NCBI RefSeq assembly: GCF_006345805.1
Contig: NC_042997.1
Location: forward strand, 203,608,001-203,672,000
Direction of reading: 5' to 3'
Length of the DNA stretch: 64,000 nt
Origin: Octopus sinensis
Lineage: Eukaryota
Notes under the pieces: model-generated
Seen by the model: only the letters and a program-made list of their open reading frames with translations
What the model was told of the DNA's origin: nothing
The model's database searches: none
Translations under genes and position numbers: made by a program
Shown: piece by piece, positions 47,148 through 59,999 of the stretch
Numbering within the stretch: position 1 is the first letter of the stretch
How the letters are laid out: the number at the start of each line of letters is the position of its first letter

Positions 47148-49839
47148 TCTCTGATGTATCCAGAATGAAAATCTGATAAATGTACACCACGTCAGTACTC
47201 TAGGTGTAACAGTCAGGAACTGTCATGGCCTACCAGTGCAAAACTTTTTATACATGCATAGAAATGGTGGCTTTACCTCTCACTCTAAGGATTTTGCCCA
47301 TGCGGCATTACGACACTTACCAAAGGTTCTATGCAGTGGGACTGAACCCGAAACCCTGTGGTTGGGGAGCAAATTTCTTAACCACAATATCTACCTGTGG
47401 AAGAATTTTTCTTTCAAACAAATGTACTGAAAACATGACTGGGTTTTAGCTATATCTTTTTTGTAACCAAGTGTCTTTTCTCTCCTATTTTTCATATGCT
47501 ATATGCTTAATACTGTAAAATTCCAAATCTATAACCTTCACCTTCAGAGTGAACTGATGTTGATAAGTCGAGATATTAATGTCAGAATTTGAATTTTGAC
47601 CGTTAGAAATGACGAGTCATCACTTATGTTTACCTATGTTAGTGACTTGAACATGCGTGTCTGTTTATTTTGGCATTATACTGTTTTACCAGCATATCAG
47701 TATTGCTTCCATTATTAGTACCTATTTCAGAGGATAAGGTACTAGAGTATGACTATGTTGCTCACTTAGATTAATAACGACAACAAACCATATACATAAA
47801 CGTAATTACAATTTTTAATATTTTTAGTCATCGTTGAGGTCATATTAAATTTGATACCGTAAAATGTTTTTCATATCCTTATTTCTTAGGAAATGAATAG
47901 AGGACGTGGGCGAAGAAAGTCTAAGGAAAAAAAGAAAAAAGGAAATAGAAATTTTTGTAATTTTTTTTTCAGGATCGTAATTTCCGTCTCCTGAAACAAG
48001 TGGATACTAAAAAACGAGGGAAAACTAGTCTTTCCCATAAGGTATGGGAATATGGGACATCACCAAGTCCTTATTACAAAATTTTACCGAATCTGTATAA
48101 CAATTATTTTAACGTATCTGGTCAATCCTAATATAATAAATAAATACCGACTAAATTACAGATGTTGCACTTCAAAAATACATGGTTATAACAAAAAAAG
48201 GTGGGCTCCTCATGGCACCACACTTTGCTGAATTATCGTAGTAATCTAGGTGGGAATATTAATTACTAAGAATTTAATTTTGGGACATGGTAAAAATATA
48301 CTGTTCGCGCGTAGGCTCTCTGATCAAGGGTTTTCGGCAGAGTTTTTGAATAGCTGTCCCTCGAAGTCCTATACACCATGGGAAAGGGTTAAAAAACTTA
48401 TTCATTTCCCTTAATTTTTCTTTTGTCCAGCATTCCCCTGTGTTTTATACAACAGTAATTACGATTCTGAAAGCTATTTTCACGAAAATTTCAGTTCATT
48501 TTAACACTCTTCCTTTCGGTGTCCTTTTCCTTCTAAGTATGGTAGAGGTGGTTATTCCAAAACTCCGCTGAATTTTCCGCATGATTTAAAAAATATATTG
48601 TTATTCCGTTAGTAATGTAATAATTAAACAAGAAACTATATTCTAATGTACCCGAACGTTATATATTGTAATGTTTATTGCATATACAAACTTATTTTGG
48701 ATATTAAATGTAGCACTTATGTTTGGAAGAACTCACATACGTTTTAGTCAACTCGACTAATTGGTTTTGTATTGTTAATGCTTGTTTAAGACCAGCTCTA
48801 CATCAAAATACGTAAAATAATTGTTGGAATGTATAATGAAAGATATGCTTTATATATATATAGAACGTATCTGTTTTAACATTCAGCTGTAAATTAAAAT
48901 AAAAATGCTTATTGGCATTTTAGTTTGTTAATATTTTCGAATTATATCGATTTATATCAACGAATTTATGTAATTTCGGCCTACTTTATTAAATCGCTGT
49001 TTAATATATTTAATGTTACTCGTGGTTAAATATAATAATTATATTTTAAATTCAAAGCTTCTTCCACGATTATTTAGAAATATACACGTGAAAAGAATGC
49101 GAATTCAAACCCTGAAAAAAATCATATAACTTTTGCAGCTTGCATTAAATTGTGTGAATCTCATTTATTAAAATTTTTATTTAATTTGTAACGAAATATA
49201 TTTTCCTATAATTTAAAACATGATATTCTTGTTTAAATGCAGGAACAATACAAGATGTCTGTCACCCGACGCCCGCGCACCAACGTATAACTGGGTTTTT
49301 TTTTATATATAAAAAAATCCCCAGTTAATTTAATTCCTTTTAATATAATTTAGGGAAAATATCAGAATTCAAAGAAACTAGTCCTTTCTGGATAGATAAT
49401 ATTAAGGTAAAGCTTACTGTTTTATTAAAGCTTACATGTTTTATCACATGTCAAGATAACGAGCTAAAGGTTAACATGTGATAGGAGGGAAAAAACATTG
49501 CTGTTCATAAGAGCATCAATATGAACACGCATGCATATAGAATATTTAGAGGAAATTATATATATATATATATATAGGAGTTCAAGTGCCTATTTTTTAT
49601 AAGTAATATTTGAAATTTATAAAACAGCAATTTTGTGTCTATTGTTCAGCATTTGAGAAAATTTCACATTAATATTTGGTTTTTAAAAATATAATTTATT
49701 TGGTGAATACTATGTCCTGATATAGCAGGGAAAAAATATTCACTAGTAAAATAGAGATACACACACACATAGATATATATATAAATATATATAAAAAAAA
49801 CTTAATATACATGTGTGTGTGTTGGGTTATATAAAGAAA

Positions 49840-50040
49840 CATTAATCCGCCATTTCCCTGTATTGTTAAGTGGCAAGGTACGAAAATGAGGCAAAACTAT
49901 GAATATTAATTACGCACGTGATCTCAATAATTATCCATGTGATCTAAAGCGCAAGATTCTATTGGCTGTTTACTATTAGCGCGCAAGATATTTTACGGTT
50001 TTATGTCGAAAGTGAGGCTGACCGGAAAGAAAGCCACAGT
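49840..50040 (+). promoter_or_regulatory. Probable SRSF2 proximal promoter
   Basis: CCGCCATTT (YY1-like, 49847-49855), reverse CCAAT (ATTGG ~49961) between two GCGCAAGAT repeats (49949, 49981), CCGGAA (ETS-like, ~50022); CpG content rises here. Confidence 0.5.
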
Positions 50041-50168
50041 TTTTGGAAAGCGAAGCGAGCGAAGGTGACGAGCATTTTTCTCATTTCTGGGACCGAGAAA
50101 ATAAAATATTGCCGGCTTTTTTCTTCAAAGAGAAAGGTACTGCAATTCAAGTGGTGGATTGGACGAAG

Positions 50169-51059
50169 ATGAGCTACGTACGACGCGGGCCTTCTGAATT
50201 AGACTTAGAAGGCATGGTTTCACTAAAAGTGGACAATCTTACTTACAGAACAACACCAGAGGATTTGCGTCGCGCTTTTGAAAAATATGGCGACGTAGGA
50301 GATGTGTACATACCACGAGACCGCTTTACCAGGGAAAGCCGAGGATTCGCTTTTGTACGCTATCATGATAAACGAGATGCTGACGATGCAATGGATGCTA
50401 TGGACGGTGCTATGATGGATGGACGCGAACTACGTGTCCAAATGGCTAGATATGGTAGACCGGCTGACCCATATCGGAGAGGTCCCCCACCTCGCCGTTT
50501 TGGCGGTGGTGGTTATAGCTCATATCGATCGAGAAGACGATCATATACGAGATCACGATCGAGGTCGCGGTCTCGTTCATCACGCCGGCGAAGAAGATCG
50601 TATTCAAGATCACGAAGTCGCAGTAGAAGTCGTTCCTATAAAAGTAGATCAAGATCTCGATCGGCGTCATATTCCAGATCGAGCCGCAGCAAACATTACA
50701 GTCGTAGTCCATCTCCATCAAGTAAAGGAAAGAAGCGGAGCAGTGCAAGTAGTCGAAGAAGCACGAGGAGTCGGAGCGCCAGCCGGGAGAGGAAGAGCCA
50801 TTCTCGCAGCCGCAGCCCCGTCAGTCCAAGACGAAGTCCTGATCGATGCAGTGAAGGTCGCGACGGAAGCGAAAGTGGTGCTGGTGCCAATGCTGGTGGC
50901 GGCGGCGGAGGCAGTTCTGGCAGTGTACCACGAGAAAATTCCAAATCCAGAAGCAGAAGTCGAACCCCTCACAGCCGGAGCTGTTCTCCAGAAGCATTGT
51001 CAGACCGCGGCAGTAACGACCATAACGATCTCGAGCAGCAGGTGGAGGAGGAAGACTGA
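50169..51059 (+). CDS. SRSF2: Serine/arginine-rich splicing factor 2 (SC35) orthologue, 296 aa, intronless CDS
   Basis: ATG at 50169. [52 protein letters not shown] is close to human SRSF2 (including the P95-equivalent Pro), followed by an RS domain and a Gly-rich/acidic tail. Confidence 0.97.
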   Translation: MSYVRRGPSELDLEGMVSLKVDNLTYRTTPEDLRRAFEKYGDVGDVYIPRDRFTRESRGFAFVRYHDKRDADDAMDAMDGAMMDGRELRVQMARYGRPADPYRRGPPPRRFGGGGYSSYRSRRRSYTRSRSRSRSRSSRRRRRSYSRSRSRSRSRSYKSRSRSRSASYSRSSRSKHYSRSPSPSSKGKKRSSASSRRSTRSRSASRERKSHSRSRSPVSPRRSPDRCSEGRDGSESGAGANAGGGGGGSSGSVPRENSKSRSRSRTPHSRSCSPEALSDRGSNDHNDLEQQVEEED

Positions 51060-54000
51060 AATGTTTGTAATTTGGAGACAAAAATCACAAGAAAAAAAAA
51101 AAAAACACAGAAAAGAAAGAAAATACAACCACAGCAGAAGAACACTGATATCTTGGCAGCAGGTGAGATGAATGGGTTAAAATTTATTGTAGTGGTTGAC
51201 TGAAAATGATTTTAAAAAAGAAAAAAAAAGAAAAGAAAAGGCTTAAACAATTTTTTCATTCATCACAAGACACAAGCTGAACAGATATATATAAAAAATG
51301 ATGGTTTTTTTTTTTTTTTGAAAAGAATGAAAAAAAAAAAAAAGAAATCTCCAGCGAATGTTAAAACATTTGAAACTGATGGAGGTTTTTAAAGATGTTG
51401 GCGATGATGCTGAGTGTGAATGGCACCTTTTAAAAACCACTGTATACATTGGTGAGAGTTGCTGCTGTTGATGCTGTCTGCATGGTGTAGCTGTTCAAAT
51501 GTAAGACTACTTTCTGATAATGTATTGACTTTTTTTTTTTAAAACATTTCCTTTATTTTTTTTTTCACTTTCTTAATTTCCATGGCCATAGCTTTTTACC
51601 TATAAAAATGTGTTCGTCTGGAAGTATTTCCTCATTTTCTGCCCCCCTCCCATTCTTCATTATTATTACTATTACTACTACTACAGTTGGTTTAAAAACC
51701 AGTTTAAGATGAAACAAAAAATCAACTGATTTCTTTTATAAAATGTCATCATGCCTGGCGATAAATTGTATTTTCGTTCTGATAAAAATTATGTGGTTTA
51801 GATATTGTCGTCATGCTAGCTTTTTGGCTGGTTTACAAACTTAACTGTTTTTGTATCTTTTCATTTTAAAACTCAAGTTAAAAGTGACTTGAATGCATTA
51901 AAAAAATATTTTTTTTGCTTAGTTTCTAAATGTTCACCTCATGCAATAAAAACACTTAAAATAACTCTATAAAAACAATTCCCCTTGTAGTCTTGACTTC
52001 TGAAATATATATATATATATATAAAGAAAAAGAAAAATTATTTCGATCATAATCATTCTAGAAGTTGGTTTCTCTAAATGTATTAAATTTTTTAATAGTT
52101 GGGTTGGTTAACTGTAAATTTGTTGTGTTGGGAAACCATATTGAACATTATTGATTTTTAGTTTCAGCCAGTGTCTGTTGTAGTTAAGATATTTGATGAT
52201 GATGGTGGTTTCTATATCTTTTTTTTTTTTTCCTTGCTGTCATTATTCCACAAGGAGTAGTGTCGACTACAACATGAACTGTGAGCAAAACCGACATCAT
52301 CCTTCTACCGCCTCCTTACTAAATTTTAAACCCCTCTTCTGTCTAGATTTACTTGAGATGACAATATTTCTGTCTTGTGTTTTAGGGCGGAGTCAACTCA
52401 GACCCGGGGCATGTTCCAGGTTCCTGTTGATTGCTGCCGTTTTGTTGCTGCTTTTTTTGATGCCTCATTGCATCTGCAGTTGGAAGTGTAACCTCATTTG
52501 GTGGTATCAATTTAATATAAGTCTTAAGTTTTTGATTACTAAAAAACCGATTACAGTTTAGCATCGACTAGACAAACTTTGACGAGGGTACCCCCTGTCT
52601 CTTATTGTCAGACCATCCTTTCTGTTCTCAAGCAGTTTTACTGTAAAGGGACTTTCCATATTTTGGGCTATTTTCAAGAATCCAACGACATAATTGACAA
52701 CCCTGCCTCATGCTTCCATCCCCCTCTCCCTCCCCATCTTGCTTCAAATTAGTTCTTGACTTTAGTATACAGTTCTGAGAATGATAATGATTATAATAAA
52801 TCTGCCAATATACCCTGCTGCCGGTGTGGCCGTCCCTAATTCACCTACCCAGCCTACTTATATCACTGTTATTGTTTTTGCTTATCCTGTTTCCTAATTT
52901 AAATTCCTAAATGTTTTTAAAACATATTTTTAAATCTAAATTTTAAATTAAATGTTGTAATTTGTAAATGACCTCCGAGTCATAAATCTGTTTAACCCTG
53001 TGACTAGGGTCAATTTAATATTGTTTCTTTACCAAATTTGTATGCAACTGTGAAGACCGTTAAAATTATTATCATGGGTGGTGTGGTCTATGCTGCAGGG
53101 GTATTTGCTGGTTGGCTGCGGTGCTGTTGTTGGTTGCCGTGTAGCTGGTCTGTAGCTGGTCACTGGCAGTGCTGATGCTGCTGGTCTTGTAGCAGGTCGG
53201 TGAGGAGGAGGAGAGGAGGAGGAGGTGTCTGCTGTTCCTTACACAGCAGCAACTACACAATCTGGCTGCTGTCACTTGCACCAGTCTCCTGTGTGGCTGC
53301 AGAGCTCCCAATTATTGTAATGCTGTTGGGCTGAGATAGCTGTGCTGCTGCTGCTGCTGTGCCGCCGTACCCCGCTCTCAGAATGATTTTAAACCCGTGT
53401 TGCTGCTGTTGCTTGGGTCAAAACAACCCGTTGCTGTGCTTCAGTCATTTTGATCCTTATTTCATAGGTATGTATTGCAGAATTTCTTTTTCCCTTCAAT
53501 GCAGGTCTTTAAAAAAAAAAGGTCACTGGACTGACCTCTCTTACTGAGTGTCAGACCTCTCATTAGCATGCTTTATTTTCTCATGTTGTTAACAACCATT
53601 CCTCATGCACTGCAATTTATCTGCGGGTGCTGCTAAACCACGGCATAGGGTTTGTCTCTTATGAGATGAATTCTGGACAGGTTTGTGTGCTTAACCTGTT
53701 GTTGCTGTTCTGGTTGATCTTGTCAAAAGTGTAAAACTAATTTTTGCTGAAATCATCACAAATTACTGCCATCTTGTGGTTTTCTAGTCAAATAAAATTG
53801 TGACAATTTTTGCAACTACAAAATCTGAAATGTAATCTGTAGAAGGCAGATGACTTAAAGACAGTTATTTTAACTGTTTGAATATATATTACTCTCAAGA
53901 TGTGATGTAGCTGGAAAATGACTGTCTAACAGGTAAGTCTTGTCCTACCTGATCCTGATGAAGAGAAACAACTGTAGAGTCTGGTTTACCATCAACTGTA

Positions 54001-57000
54001 ATTTCTTCATAAAATACATTTTAACATACTGGTGTTTAGTTTTATTTATGCCATTCTAACACTTAAACACCATTAAGGTCATTTTTATTAACGGCTTTTC
54101 ATTTTTAACTTTTGTTTATTGCAGTTTAGGGGATTGGTGTTAAAATGAAACGTTTGGGTGTTCTGGAAATTACCTCGAAATTTTGCTGGAGCTTTAATGT
54201 GTAAAAACCTTTGCTGCTGGGGCTGTCACTGCTTTTGAAGTTCAATAATCACTGAGGCAGAATGAAAATGAGTTTCTTGCTTCGATTTTAGGGATTCCAG
54301 AACCAATTCTAGTTTTTTTTTTTTTAAACATCTTTTTTTTTTTTTTTTTTTTTTTTTCTTCCAACTAGGTAGTTTTAATTTTTAGGTTTTATTCCTGGGA
54401 ACCTCTAAATAGCATGACTTGTTTATAGAATCTCAGAAATACAAGAAGTTTTTTTCACTGAAATATGGTTTTATTAGCAAGATTTTTACATAAAACATTT
54501 GGTTAAATATTTATTAACGTTCTAAATCATTGCATTTGAATTTTAGGTATAATGTAGTGGGAAACGTTATTTCAGCTAAGCAATTATTACGGTCAGATAC
54601 ATAGAATAGGGCATGGGTTGATGGAAAATATTGCGTTTGGAGCTATTTTAGACTGGAAAAATGTTTAAAAAAAAAAAATATCGAAGGTAAAAAGTTAATG
54701 ATGACAACACTAACAGATTTGAAGCTTGAATACGTTTGTGTGATGCAGAATAACTTGCAATACAATTTCCGTTTACACAAATTGAATTTGTGAATGTTCA
54801 TATTTTTGTCAGTTAAATCCTGCATGCATCCACAAGCGCCTATATTTTAAGTGCAAATGAAATGCTGTTACAGATATAACAGCTGAGGTTTAAACTGCTT
54901 CAAATGAGAAGGCTTTATATTGTGGATTGCATTTGATGGCATGGCTGGTAGTGTTACGTGCAATCACTGCAGCAATTATGCCAGGGTTGTAAAAAAGTAG
55001 CCATGTCAGTGTGACAATGGTAGTATGAAAACTGGTTTATTGTTTGTGGTTGGTTCTATTTTTTTCTTTTCTTACTGTTGTTACTACCATTCCCTTTGTA
55101 TCTTACATTGATACTTTTTACAATCTGAAATAAACTTTATGGTAACCTGACAAAACATTGAAAAATTAGTTTTCGTGAAGGATGCACTGTTATAAGAATA
55201 ATTCTTGAGAAATTATTGTGAAGGTAAAGTATGATTCAAGGTTCCACGTAAGTCTGAAAGGAGAGGATGCTGTGCAGGCTGCAACAGTTGAAGTTGACTT
55301 TTGTATCTTAGAGGTCTACAACAAAAACAGCATTCAATAGCCTTGAAATAGAAATCAGCTATCCGAAATGCAGAAGTGTTTTTAGTTTTCCTTTTCTGAA
55401 ACTGTTACAGAAAGGATAATGTAAACAATATGTTAAATCATTTAACTATAGATGAAGAGCACAGGTTTTCGCAAATCAGACATATTGAACATGGTGTATT
55501 AAGTATGGTTTCTGGGGAAGAAGAATTTGATGTATGGATGAGTACATTAGTTGGTTGTTTTTTTTTTTTTTTTTATAAATATAACCAGTGAAGCTGTGAT
55601 TTATGGTGAAGGTAATGTAACAGCTTCTTCCAGTTTAACCAGCTGTGGACTACTGTAAACCTTGCTGATATGGAGGTGAGCAACCTTTTAATCAAATCTT
55701 CCTTGGTTTCTGTAATTATATTTTCACTTTATCCAGTCATTTAATTCCACTTGCACCACTACCATAATCACTTTTGGATTACGTCTTGGGTTTGGCTGGT
55801 TTACATCAACTTTGATTTAACTAAGTGATTGCTGCACCGACGAAAATGCTATTGTCCAGTAATGCCTAATGCTGAAAGCTTTTTGCAACCACACAGTCTG
55901 TCTTTTACACCTTCTGCAGATAATGAGAATGATCTTTTGAGAACTTGGAATCAAAGTTACAGCTCTGGTTAGAGTGGATAGCTGTATAATTTTGAAGTAA
56001 AATCTGTTTCAGACAGATTGTATCAAAATAGTATAAGAGCTGTGTTACGAATGGAGTTTCAAGTTAACCAATAGGAGTATATTGGCAGATTTTGTTTTTG
56101 AAGCTCTGACTTCACTATATATGACGACCATACAGTGCCACACGTGAGGGTATACTGTGCCAGAAGAAAAGCCACATAGATACTGCTGCAAGGAATGATT
56201 GCCAATTCTGGTTTACTTCAAGGTAAATACCCTTTTGTGTGGTTCATCAAGAGAAGGGAAGTTAATTTTTGAGTCCTTAATAAATTGGTATTTTACAAAC
56301 TGGTGTTGCTTTATTTATTTCTGTCCGTTATTGCAATTAAAAAAAATTTTTTTTTTTGGGATTTTGTGGTATGATCTAGTAGAAAATGCACTTCTTTTTT
56401 TGCTTTCTTTGCTTTTAAGGTTTGGAATGGTAGTGCATGTTTAACATGGATTTATATAGAATTAGGTGTCTAGTCTATATGGTGCCTGGAGACAGTGAGA
56501 TAAACTATTCCTGGATTGTTGAGGCAACAACTGCAGATAAATGACAAATGGAGTTAAATTAAGTTGGTGCTGATGTCCTTGTGTGAAGTGAGGATTTGTC
56601 ACCTGGTTGATCCAATTCCGCAAGTGTTGTGAATTGTCCAGCTGCTTTTAGTTTTGTTTTGGTATTTAATAGAGATTGTGTCATGTTGTGCTCAAATACA
56701 ATCTAAATATTTGCAATGCAAGGTTCATGGGCATAGGAGAGCAGCAGACTACATTCAACTACAGTAATCATAGACTCAATCTGAATTTGTCATATTGTAC
56801 TTTGTGTTTTCCCATACTTGGATGGGTTTTGAAAATTGACAAAAGGTGGAAAGGAAGTAATTTTGAGATTTTGTTGCAGGACAAGGTTTTAACATGAAAA
56901 ACAAAAATTGTAGACTCATAAATGGCTGTGTGGTGGAGATTTTCTTTTTGAGTGAATTTGCTTGATGGAAACCAAAAGGTGTTATATCCACACCATGTCT

Positions 57001-58899
57001 TGGATGTGCTGTAGCTGTAAGCAAATGGTGATCGGTATAAAGTTCATCCCTAATCTTCTGGAAAAGTATGCTCAACCATGGGAAACTGTTGAATACAACC
57101 TGGTATCGTGACCAAGCAAGTCTACTTATACAAAGCAAAATTGGTTTCTGCTGTTCAGAAGGAAGAAACAAGAAAGGTTTGAAAATAGTTTTTAAAAGAT
57201 TTCCATGCTTGACAGTTAAAAGTTGAAGACAGGACTTGTAATGCTCAGTTACTGAGACACTGAACTGGACAATAGAATCTATCCAGAGAATCCCTTTCAT
57301 CTTCATACAGACGTATCCTAAAGGGAGCTCTGATGTAATGAGGTCATGGTCAGTTGTTTGCATTGTAACTCGCAAATCTCTGGCCAAGGTGTTTTTAATG
57401 TCATCACTTCTGCTTAGGTGACAATTGATTGTAAGGTAAATTATGCATTAAGTTTTCCACCAAATCTTGAAATTCTCACCTGCTTCTGCTATTATGTTAA
57501 AAGTTTGCATATTTGTTAGTCTGGCATATTCTAAAAAAGGTGTGTACCTGTCAACATGTTACAAGTAACTAGGACTCAAGCCATGTCTTAAGAAATAGTT
57601 TCAAAAGTGTTACCCTCTTTGTCTGCAATATATCTAGAAAGTTAAACTGAAATTACAGCTAAATTCCAAACCTTGCTTTACTAGGACTGAAAGAAAATAT
57701 AAAAATCTAACGATTTTGCATGTTACTATATAACAAGGATTGACTACAGTACAGCAGGCTCATCAAATGTTTTATAATTTGTGAAAGATGTAGGGAGTAG
57801 TAAAGTACAGAATCAAATCTTTGTTAGGCAGTGCATTGGAGCCGTGACTGCTGTTAAAATTTTGCATGGTGTCCGATCCGATTAATTTTAAAATTGTTCA
57901 CTTAATAGCCATAACAATTTGCAAATTTTCATCACAGTTCCTGTGTTCTTTCATAAACTACAGAAAATTTAGATGTGGTTGACCAATGTGCACATCTTAA
58001 AAACGGGTATGCAAAATGCCTTTTATTAAGCCTGGTAAATTGGGAGTTATTTGATATATAACAGGTGCTTATGAGAGGCCATCTTTGTTCAGAATTTAGT
58101 TCAAGATGAACTGGTTCGTGTTATTTAATATTTTCTAATGTGCAAAAACAATCTTATTTACTGACAACAATCCATATAGTTTTCTGGTCATTTGTATTCA
58201 CTTAAGGTGGTGTTTATAGGGGGATAGCTGTAACAATTGAAAAATTGTCCATACTTAGGGCTTGCAGCTTGATTGAACATGAAGTGTGAAAGCAAAACCA
58301 TTTGGTGGATCAAGGGGGTTAAGTTTGGAAAAGTCGACCACATAGTTCAATCTCCTGACTAATGTGAAATGTTTTATTCATTGGGAGTTTGTATCTCATG
58401 TAAAGTTGACAAATAATTACGAAACAAGTTGACACTGCACTATATTACAATTTTGATGCTTTATTGAGAAGGTCGCAAGATGCAATGAAGATTTTAGGAA
58501 ATTTTTTACCAGTGAGTTAAATTATAAGGCACAAAAAGAAAATGACTCACCAGATAACAGAAATATAAAAGATCTGTGATTTTGCATGTTATTGTATAAC
58601 AAGCAGGCTCATCAGGTAGTAGTACAGTTCAAAATCAGAAATCTTTGTTGGGCAATATTGAGAAATGTGTTGGAGCCATGACTAAACTACAGCCTTTTAG
58701 TTGGTGTTTCTAGGTGCAACTAAAAATACTTTGGGTCAGTTATAAATTAATGGTTGCATGGTGAAAGACATGAACAGCTTGAAGCCGCAAAAAAATATTA
58801 GACAGGAAGGACATTTCATGATCCTATGGTTAGAAACTGACAAGTGACTTCATGCCAACATAAGTTATGCCCTTGTTTAGGGATGGGGGGTAGCATATA

Positions 58900-59314
58900 C
58901 CAGGTGGGCCAAAAGTAGGCATACACTTAAAAAATTTTCAAATTCATTACAATTACATTTATTGAACAGTTTAATTTTGTTAATGCTCGATTCCTCAAAT
59001 CTTTCCAGAACACTTTAAGTTAAAATCTGCATCAATTTCAATAAAAGCTGAGATGAATTCCTTTTACTGTGTGGTATTTGGTATGGATATGGTGTGTGGT
59101 CTTCACAAATGTTACAGTGACTTATCTCATTTTCTTCACTCCTTGACATCCAAATTTCAGTGCATTAATCATTGAATCTGTTTTTTCAAATTTATCTTGG
59201 TAGTGGTGAAGTGCCAAATGCTTCTCTTCATGCTGTACACACCTTGGCATTTTCAGTCTTCCACTGTATTTGCCATTATTCACAGTATCTGTAACCTACT
59301 TTTGGCTCACCCTG
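58900..59314. mobile_element. Tc1/mariner MITE with TA TSD
   Basis: TA|ccaggtgggccaaaagtagg ... cctacttttggctcaccctg|TA. Confidence 0.8.
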
Positions 59315-59999
59315 TATATAAACCAAATCATGGGCAGATTTTATTAGGATTAGTAGCACTTATTTCCAAGGTATTAGTGATGTAAATAAGTAAATTATTT
59401 GAAGTTTCGTTTGGGATTCTGTACAAATGAAACTATGCTGTAATATATAAGATATAGCGTAGGAGTGACTGGTAAGTAGCTTGCTTACTGACCACATGGT
59501 TCCAGGTTCAGTCCCACTGCATGGCACCTTGGGCAAGTGTCTTCTACTATAGCCTTGTGAGTGGATTTGGTAGACAGAAACTGAAAGAAGTCTGTCGTAT
59601 ATATGTATGTCTGTGTTTGTCCTCCCAACATTGCTTGACAACCGATGCTGGTGTGTTTACGTCCTCGTAACTTAGCGGTTCAGCAAAAGACATACTAGGC
59701 TTACAAAGAATAAGTCCTGGGGTCGATTTGCTTAACTAAAGGCGGTACTCCAGCATGGCCACAGTCAAATGACTGAAATAAATAAAAGAGTAACAAACTA
59801 TGTGTTTTGACTTTTATAAAACTGCTTAAAAATATGCGATAGTCTTATAAATCAGGAATAGTTTCTTAAATTTTATTATTTGCCATATTAACTAATGGTA
59901 TCCTTAAGTCAGAACAATTTTAATTAGTGATTCTATAGAATTATCTTAAATGGAAGCAGCTTTACTCATGACCTTTGCTGGTACTCCTAAGATATAGTT

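Noticed and set aside
48377-48392. Single piggyBac-like end (aaaggg|TTAA)
   Set aside because: No matching left end found nearby.
50043-50168. 42-codon TTG-initiated N-terminal extension of SRSF2 in the ORF track
   Set aside because: Homology starts at the ATG at 50169 (MSY..); the upstream region looks like 5'UTR. It would need ribosome profiling to support.
18007-51059. Functional coupling of tRNA-Arg(UCG) with the CGA-rich SRSF2 CDS
   Set aside because: They are 32 kb apart, tRNAs act in trans, and tRNA genes are numerous; proximity is probably chance.
50419-51171. 250-aa overlapping alternative-frame ORF inside SRSF2
   Set aside because: No recognisable domain; long open alternative frames are an expected by-product of repetitive RS/Gly codons.
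53955-53969. CTGATGA-AGA-GAAAC hammerhead-like string
   Set aside because: No stem II, no NUH triplet with a pairing helix III and no stem I.
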